This document shows, one piece after another, positions 55,422-64,000 of a stretch of 64,000 nucleotides of DNA; position 1 is the stretch's first letter, and the number at the start of each line of letters is the position of its first letter. The position numbers and the translations under genes are program-made. Under the pieces are notes generated by a model. The model ran no database searches and was not told the DNA's origin. It was given only the letters and a program-made list of their open reading frames with translations. Source of the stretch: Octopus vulgaris. Lineage: Eukaryota. The stretch covers positions 12,710,001 through 12,774,000 of the forward strand of contig OX597828.1 in the NCBI GenBank assembly GCA_951406725.2, written 5' to 3'.

Positions 55422-57447
55422 GTCTTCGAAACTGTCCGCTATGGCTCCCAATGCTCTGCTCACTAATGGAATCACGAAAACCTTCTTCATTCCCCACAAC
55501 TGTCCAGTTTCCTCCTTCAGTGCCTCGTACTTCTCCATGTTTTCATGCTTTTTATCTTTCCCTCTACACTCTCTTAGCATGGAAATATCAATAATTGGGC
55601 CATTTTTTCTTTCTTGTTGACATCTACAATGTCTGGCTTTCTTGCTTCAATCATCCTATCACACTGAATAGTGAAGACTCAGAAAAGCTTCTGGCTTTTG
55701 TTCGTACCATTTAGCAGCCCTGGCAAACCCACATTTCTCAGATTTCATCCAGTGGGAATGTCTGGCAACATTATCATGTCGTCTTTTGTAATCTCGCAGT
55801 GCCAACTAAGCACATTCGCTTACAAGATGACTAACTGTTTCTCCTTTTATTCCACACATTCTACATAATGGTGAATCTTTCGTTTTGTCAACTATGTTCA
55901 ATGTAGTTTGTTCGGAGAGCCTGCTCTTGGGCGCTGCATACCAAAATTTCAATGCAACCTTTCAGATCCCCATTTCTAAGTCCCAATCAATACCTATTTT
56001 ATCTCTAATGTACTGCCTGTGCATAAGTCTATCCTTCCATTCCGTTTCAAGTTCTTTTTTTTTTTTGTTAATAAACTCCCTTCTTGTATTCGTTCAGTGT
56101 TACTGCATCTGCAGATTTTAGTGTGTCGCGGTCTCTTAGTTTTGACATGATGTTATTCTTTACAATTTAAAGGTACCAAGCTAGGTATTTTTCTTCGTTT
56201 TTGACTCAATTTTCACATCTTATTTGTCTTCTACCACCTTCTTTCTTCCAATATCACTCCTTGGGTAGAGTTCTTTATACACTGTCGTCAATTTCCTTGT
56301 TTTCCTATCAACTGTCTAATTCTTGTTTCATCCATTTAATAACTCTTGCCCCGTACAACATGGGGGACACAACCCATGTATTCGTTGCCTTGATCTTCTT
56401 CCTTCCATTTCGCTTAAATGACTTTACACTCGCCTAAGATATTCTTTTTTTAACATCTCCTTCATTTCCTTCTCTTTGATCTTATCCAACTCAAAGACTT
56501 CCAAATACTTGTATCCTTCCTCGCCCACTTCTTTAATAATATGGCCATTAGCATGCTCAACCCTTCTACTCTTTGTTAATTTTCCACGCTTCAGGATTAC
56601 AATGCCACATTTTTTAAATCCCGAATTCCATTCTAGTATCCCGAGTAATCAGGTTTATGGGAGATGTTAAACTGTCAATTTCGTCCTCATCTTTCACAAA
56701 TAGTTTTAAATTATCCATGAATAACAGATAGTTGATCTTAACACCATCTAACACATATCCTATTTTCACTTTTCTAAGGACTTGACAAATAAAGTGGCGA
56801 TAAGCTGCCTTCCCGAAATATACACCTTCGTATGTTAACAGACTCTAACTGTCCCCCGCAAGAAATTAATTCTATTTTCCAACTGACCATCGATCTCCCT
56901 GTAAACCTAAATACATTGTCTGGTACCTGAGTAAATTTCAAGCACCTGAGTAATTCCAGCTGTGGGGGACCATATCGTAGGCTTTCTTACAGTCCACTAA
57001 TGCCATGGTTAAATTCTTGTCTCTTTTTACAATCCACAAGGATTGTTTTATCAATCAGGAGTTGATCTTTCGTACCCCCGCTGTTCTTTTACACCCTTTC
57101 TGCTTTTCTGGTAGAATTTCGTCCTTCTCAAGAACTTATATATGATCTCAGAGATGATTCAAGTCGTAAGTTTTCATAGATACGGATCTATAATTATCAA
57201 CTGTGTTGCCCTTATTAGGGTCCTGCTGACAGAGAACATTCCAGCCCGCTGTCATTTATATGGGTATCTCTGCTCGGTTGTTAAACATGACATTCTTTTG
57301 AGCCGCGATTCGTTCATGTAAAGATGTCAGCTTCTTCAACCAAATGCCCTGGATCCCCTCAGGTCCAGGAGTTTTCCAGTTGCGAATTTTTCTGATTTAC
57401 ATGCACAACACTACTGTTGTTATTTCAAAATCAGTTAACCTCTCATT

Positions 57448-57851
57448 TCTTTATCTTTTCTTTTATCTTTTACTTGTTTCAGTCATTTGACTGCGGCCAT
57501 GCTGGAGCACCACCTTTAGCCGAGCAAATCGACCCCGGGACTTATTCTTTGTAAGCCCAGTACTTATTCTATCGGCCTCTTTTGCCGAACCGCTAAGTGA
57601 CGGGGACGTAAACACACCAGCATCGGTTGTCAAGCAATGCTTGGGGACAAACACAGACACACAAACACACACATACATACATATACATATATACGACAGG
57701 CTTCTTTCAGTTTCCGTCTACCAAATCCACTCACAAGGCATTGGTCGGCCCGGGGCTATAGCAGAAGACACTTACCCAAGATGCCACGCAGTTGGACTGA
57801 ACCCGGAACCATGTGGTGGTTAGCAAGCTACTTACCACACAGCCACTCCTG
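57448..57851 (-). mobile_element. CORE-type SINE
   Basis: Full-length family copy. Confidence 0.92.
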
Positions 57852-58195
57852 TTTTATTCTCCCTCATTTCCTTCAGCCATTCAGCATTGTTATTATGCTT
57901 TATCTCATTATCCTAGATGTTTGACCAAAACCTTTTGCTTTCTTCTCCATTCGATATCACTATTTCTTTCTTACTTTTACTCTAAAGGTCTTTCTACACT
58001 CTTTTCTGATCGTACAGGAGCACCCTATTGATTTTGTATTGTTGTGTTCTTTGTTCAAACCTTTGCAACTTGAACGCCTTGGCCTGCATCCTTTGTTTCG
58101 ATTCCGCAACAACGACGTTCATACTTGTCTTTCAGTATATTAAACTTATTTTCCATTTCAATATAGTTATGATTCTTCTTTATTTCCTCTCTCTA

Positions 58196-58245
<50 letters not shown>

Positions 58246-58257
58246 TATTACTTTTTT

Positions 58258-58626
58258 TTTCTTCTTTCAAATTTGCTTCCATTTCTTGCCGAGTGTCTTC
58301 CCGACTCCTAGGGCAAAGAAACTCATAGTATACATTGGTAGGCCATTAAACCAAACTCAATAGTTCGTTCATTTTTTTTTTTTTTTAAGTTAAATTAAAA
58401 TACATGAGCAGCAACAATTCTCACATCGACAATGCTCTTCTCAATACATGTGATGTACCAGTTAAGACAATCTTTTGCACTTCTTGCAGGGATGGTAAGC
58501 CAGGGATCATTCTCATATAATTTTCGGTTCCCTTCTTGATCATTCCTAGTGCTCCTACGCCTTGAGATGCCACATTTTCTCAATTTCAATGAGTAGGTCT
58601 TTATATTTTCTGAGCTTGTCAAACTT
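58258..58626 (-). mobile_element. Dong-like LINE 3' end between (ATT)n arrays
   Basis: KLRKYKDLLIEIEKMWHLK...GALGMIKK...QKIVLTGTSHVLRRALSM*. Confidence 0.85.
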
Positions 58627-58663
58627 ATTATTATTATTGTTATTATCATTATTATTATTATTA

Positions 58664-58715
<52 letters not shown>

Positions 58716-58729
58716 CATTATTATCATTA

Positions 58730-59483
58730 TTGAGTGAGAGAGCAGTGCATGCCATCAAAGTGACACTGGGGTAAAATATACGAAGCCCAGTATACACATC
58801 ATGACTACCCGTCTGATAAGGGTACACCAGGCACATGCATCGCAACCATATGTGCGCGACATGATGATCTCATATCAAGATAAACAGCACATGACCTTGT
58901 AGGTGGGGCCCAGCTAAAATTTTCTTCTGGTCGAGTAACCCATCCTGCTCAAAAGGTCCCTGAGTAAGGGTTGTTTAAGGATGTTGAACGAAACACCCAT
59001 GTTCCCAGAGGTGAATTATTCAAACCCCAAAGAATCCCTCTGAACACATGGCTATGATGTATATATAAGTTTTTCTCATGGGCCAAATCCAGGTTTTTGC
59101 AAATTACCCAGTGAATATATTGTGCAGCTCTATCATGCCTGTTGAGATACTCTGTAGGCGCTAGAAGACTGCACTTGGAGACAACATGATCAATGGTTTC
59201 ATTTTGTTGTTGACATACACGACATGTTGGGCTACTGCCGTTCTTTAATATGTTGGCTATGATAAACCCTTCTGTTTCAGATTTTAAGCCAGAGGTCATT
59301 AGCCATTGATGGGTCAGGGCTTTGCCAACATCGGCATTATTCGCCCTCTTTGGGTACGACCTGTAGCCACTACTTCTGCTCGTAATCAGAGATGCACATA
59401 TCATCAGCCACTAAGGGACATGCTCAACTGGTTAAGGTCAAACAACTGACAAGCAAATTTGTGGTATTGAGCAGAATATTTGC

Positions 59484-59484
<1 letters not shown>
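58730..59484. mobile_element. Second copy of the 49174 repeat, carrying a templated insert
   Basis: Colinear with 49174-49615 except for the insert at 59060-59368. Confidence 0.8.
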
Positions 59485-59519
<35 letters not shown>

Positions 59520-59522
<3 letters not shown>

Positions 59523-60040
59523 TTCTCTTTATCATAAGTTTTGTTGGAGCTCCTGGAATCTTACATGCGTAGCGGGCTTACGACCTGTAGCCTACGGTAC
59601 ATTGCTATTCGTTCTTTTCAGCCAACTAATACTTTCCTGATTATTCCGGCCGTGCCAAGGAGGCAAACCTTTTGTAACAGTTCTACTGGGCATTCTTTTC
59701 CAATTTCCTTTATATTCCTCTTGATGCCTTCTGATACTGTTCCCGAGGACCCAACAATAATTGGCACTATCTTCACCTTCATTTTCTGTGGCCGGGTTAT
59801 TTCGTACTTTGCCTTCCTTCTTGACTATTCGTGGGTTAAATGGGCATGCAACATCAACTATATAGAATATGTGGTGCACCTTGTCCACCACCACTAAGTC
59901 CGATCTGTTGTGCTCTAGCACATGATCTGTTTGGATTCAGAAATCCCAGTGGACTTTACTAATGTCCGACTCTGCCACTCTCTGCCGTTTGTGCTCGTAT
60001 CATGTCTTGCCTCTCTCTAGTCCCCACTTTTCGCACAGTT
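59520..60040 (-). mobile_element. RLE-LINE 3' fragment between (ATT)n arrays
   Basis: EHNRSDLVVVDK...IVDVACPF..RIVKKE motif. Confidence 0.8.
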
Positions 60041-60206
60041 ATTATCATTATTACTATTATTATTATTATTCAAATTCCGCCGAGGTCGACTTTGCCTTTC
60101 AACCTTTCGGGATCGATAAATTAAGTAGCAGTTGCGTACTGGGGTCAATCTAATCAACTGGCCCCCCTCCCCAAAAATTTCGGGCCCTGTGCCTAGAACA
60201 GAAAAG

Positions 60207-60258
<52 letters not shown>

Positions 60259-60261
<3 letters not shown>

Positions 60262-63200
60262 GTTTGACTTTTGTTTAATATTTGCACAAGCTGGCTCCAA
60301 GTTTCACCCAGAGACCTCAAGAGAACAACAAGTGGGAAGTTCATGCTGGTGTTATGCCTAGGGTGCCATATATTTGGTTTTGTACTTAGTGTTGTACTAG
60401 TGAATGTTTAAGAAACCATAAGAAAATTATGTTTGTTTTAAAACTTGAGATTACATAGAAAGTATTTTGCGTAGGATGTGAGCAGTTCCCATGAGCACTA
60501 TCTTTTGAATTTCTGTCATTTTGGGGTTTCCTGGTATCTGAGTTAGGTAGCGATCAGCCCCTTTTGCTATCATTCCCATGGCACCTATGACAACAGGTAT
60601 TGTTTTAGTCTTCAGGTTCCACATTTTGCTGATTTCTATTTCAAGATCTTTATATTTGCTCAGTTTTTGGTAGGTCTTGACAGATACGTTTATATCGATT
60701 GGGACAGTCATATCAATGAGGAGGAATGATTTTTGTGTGAAGTCTTTCAATATGATGTCTGGCCTATTCGCGTCTATCTTTCTGTCAGTTTGAATGGTGA
60801 AGTTCCAGAGGAGTAAGATGTGGTCATTTTCAAGCACTGGAGATGGTTTGTGTTCCCACCAGTTTTTCTCATGGGCCAAGTCCAGGCTTTTGCAAATTAC
60901 CCAGTGAATATATTGTGCAGCTCTATCATGCCTGTTGAGATACTTTGTAGGTGCTAGAAGACTGCACTTGGAGACAACATGATCAATGGTTTCATTTTGT
61001 TGTTGACATACACGACATGTTGGGCTACTGCCGTTCTTTAATATGTTGGCCTGGTAGTTCCTTGGTAGTCATTGGTCTTGAGCTGCTATGATAAACCCTC
61101 TGTTTCAGATTTTAAGCCAAAGGTCATTAGCCATTGATGGGTCAGGGCTTTGTCAACATCGGAATTATTCGCCCTCTTTGGGTATTTGCCATTGAGAGGT
61201 TTTTCTTGCCATTTATCAATCAGAATATCTAAGGCAGCAGTTTTAGCACGGGTTTTCATGCGCTTAGCTTTTTCTGTGCTTGTTTCTTGTATGTCTAATT
61301 CCGAAATTTGTTGTATTCGGAATTCACTTAGATATTCCTTTGCCTGTTTTGTTACTGAGTATGATGCTTTCTTGTTTTCATGTTTTGAGACAAGTTTTAA
61401 CATCCAGTCCTCAGAGTTTTTCAGGTAGGTGTCTATGCCAATTGTAGCAATCTTCATTGTTATTGCCAGTTGTAAAAGTCCACGGCCTCCCTCTTTTCTT
61501 GCCAGATAAAGTCGTTCTGTATCTGCCTTAGGGTGGTGCATTCTATGCATTGTCAACAGTTTTCGTATTTTTCTGTCAAGATTACATATTTCAGTAATTT
61601 ACCAGTTAACGATATTGAAACTGTAAGTCACGACTGGTATGGCTAAAACATTGATCGCTTCGATCCTGTTTCTCGCATTCAGCTCTGTCTTGAGTTTTGC
61701 TCTTACTCTGCGATAACATTCTCTCCTGATCCTTTCCTTCATCACTGAATGCCTTATTCCGTCTCCTTCAATTACCCCTAGGTACTTGTAGCTCTCCGCT
61801 GGGTGTAACTCTTTTATGACATTCTGCTGGTCAAGGTTAATGTTAGATGTCTCTGTCATTTTTCCTTTGATAAAAGTAGCTTTTGCACATTTATCGAGGC
61901 CAAATTGCATTCTGATGTCGTCACTGAATTGTTTAACAATCGCTAGTAAGCTCTTGAGTTGTTGGTCATTTTTTGCAAAGAGCTTTAAATCATCCATGTA
62001 AATGAGATGATTTATATTTTTATCAAACATTTTATAACCGTACTGTGCATTACTGAGCAATTTTGAGAGAGGTATTAAGGCTAAACAAAAGAGGAGTGGT
62101 GATAGTGAGTCACCCTGGAAAGTGTCACATGAAATTTTTACATCACCAGCATTTAGAGATTCATTGTCACTGTTCAAAGTTAGTGTGGTTCTCTATGATC
62201 CCATACTTACAGATAAAAAGTTTCGCAGAGTAGGCGCCATTTTATACATTTCCAGGCATTTCTTAATCCAGATATGTGGTAGGCTATCAAAAGCTTTTTT
62301 TACAGTCTATCCAGGCTATTGACAAGTTTTTGTGTCGTTTGTGACAATCTTCTAAGATCATCTTATTGATGAGTAGCTGATCTTTACAACTATAGGATCT
62401 ACGTTTACATCCTTTTTTTTCATTAGAGAATATGCTGCTTTCTATTAAAAAACTATAGGTATATTCAGACAGGACAGATGTTAGCGTTTTATACATAGTT
62501 GTTAAGCAGGTTATGGGTCTATAGTTTTTTGGTTCATTTGTTTCTTCACTTTTTGGAAGCAGGAATGTTAAACCATTAACTAGCCAAGGAGGCATCCTAC
62601 TAGGGTGTTGCAAAACATCATTGTAAAGTTCTGTTAGCAGTTCATGGCTCTCTGGGAAGGCGTTCAACCAGAAGTTAGGAATGTTATCCTTTCCTGGAGA
62701 CTTCCATTTGCTTGACCTCCTGAGAGCAGATCTTTTATCTTCTACCTTGACACCCTCCCACTTCTACCTTGACACCCTCCCACTTCTACCTTGACACCCT
62801 CCCACTTTTGCTCCCCTAAGGAGTCCAAGTCTGTAGATATTCTATCAATCGTTGTGTGTTTTCTTCTGCCCAAATTTTATTCCAAAATCCCTGCACTTCT
62901 TCTTTTTATGGTACAGACTTTACAGTAACCGGTGTTTTTTCTATCTTCCTGTAAAATTTTTTTGGATTATTTTTTAACATGTTGTTGTCATTGAAGAATC
63001 TAACACGTTTTTCATACCTCGCTATGCGGGCAGCTTTAGCACATACCTTTTGCTTGATGGTTTCTATGGTGGCATCAATGTCAAGTATGATTTTCATATA
63101 TTTTTTCTTTAATTTTCGGGTTTTTGTAAGTTTGGTAGTCTTGTCAAACTTAAGGTTTTTCGAACATTCTATGTCAGACCTAAGTAGCTTAATTTAGTAT

Positions 63201-63403
63201 TGGATACGCTCTTGCCAAGGCTTTTTGTGGGAATGTTGCCGTTTTCTAATCTTTTCACCACATAGAATCGTTGAGATTTTCGCGGATGCATAGTACAGGT
63301 GGTAGAGATCTGTGATATCAACATCATTAGCTGAAATTATATCCTTAAGTGCAAGGCGGATTTTACCAATTATTTTCAGGTTTTAATTAGAATTGCGGAT
63401 TTT
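60259..63403 (-). mobile_element. 5'-truncated R4/Dong-type LINE (RT, CCHC, RLE), frameshifted
   Basis: NYRPITCL, AWIDCKKSF, FQGDSLSPLLF, HLIYMDDLKLF, YKYLG, CRVCQQQNETIDHVVSKC, RPDII..LIDM..P..K..KY; stop at 60451; (ATT)n on both sides; 22-bp x3 repeat at 62739-62804. Confidence 0.93.
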
Positions 63404-63576
63404 TATTATTATCATTATTATTATTGTTGTTGTTGTTTTTGTTGATAAGGCGGTGGGTTGGCAGAATCGTTAGCACACTGGGCGAAATCCTTAGAGGTAT
63501 TTCGTCCGTCGCTACATACTGAGTTCAAATTCCGCCGAGATTGACTTTGCCTTTCATCCTTTCGGAGTCGATAAAT

Positions 63577-63644
<68 letters not shown>

Positions 63645-63647
<3 letters not shown>

Positions 63648-64000
63648 TAGTTTTATTTTTATAGCATGCTGTCACTTCACTACCGAGCGCAGCTCTGTGT
63701 GCCTTGGGTATGTGCTGTGATTTGTTGTGATGCTCTGATAGTTATTGTATGGAGAGTGTTCTGCGTAGGATGTGTGCAGTGCCTAATAGTGCAATTTTCT
63801 GTATGTTATATGTGTTTGTAAGTCCTGGTGTTTTTGTTATGTATTTGTCTGAATATTTTTTTATCATGCCTAATGCACCTATTATGATAGGAATTGTTTC
63901 TGTTTTTAGATTCCACATTCTGGTTACCTCTATTTCCAGGTCTTTGTATTTTGAGAGTTTCTCCATTTCTTTTAGAGACACGTTGTCATCCGCTGGTATT
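63645..64000 (-). mobile_element. 3' end of another Dong-like LINE, running off the window
   Basis: EKLSKYKDLEIEVTRMWNLKTETIPIIIGALG...LGTAHILRRTLSIQ*; abuts (ATT)n. Confidence 0.9.

Larger units (their letters stand above)
54800..58195 (-). mobile_element. Degenerate R4/Dong-like LINE interrupted by two SINEs
   Basis: PGPEGIQGIWLKKL (~57330-57375), INYLLFMDNLKLF (~56700-56740), ARKPDIV (~55625-55650), TALLGTARILAKILSM* (~54885-54940). Confidence 0.78.

Noticed and set aside
60259-63403. Active LINE or domesticated RT gene
   Set aside because: 5'-truncated, with multiple frameshifts, stops and an internal 22-bp triplication.

Overview
Repeat-dense, AT-rich eukaryotic DNA, intergenic or intronic. 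The SINE families, (CATA)n/(GATA)n/(TA)n/(ATT)n microsatellites and LINE mix look like an octopod cephalopod (Octopus-like); this is inferred from remembered repeat motifs, not from a search. I find no supportable host protein-coding gene, tRNA or rRNA gene, or CRISPR array, and most ORF-track entries are translated microsatellites or SINEs. Identifiable content: one near-complete, frameshifted mariner (2074-3349) plus several deleted mariners and MITEs; a non-autonomous Helitron; many degenerate restriction-like-endonuclease (R4/Dong-type) LINEs in (TAA)n arrays; Tx1, CR1-like and RTE relics; and three main tRNA-derived SINE groups. The most interesting signal is a set of short Penelope-like pieces inside (TA)n tracts that carry minimal hammerhead-ribozyme folds. 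These include a canonical one duplicated in a perfect 341-bp palindrome and variants with compensatory core swaps (G3:C8, possibly U3:A8). Also notable are SINEs sharing one head with three different tails, and multi-step templated insertions. Coordinates of degenerate repeats are approximate and all alignments were made by eye.
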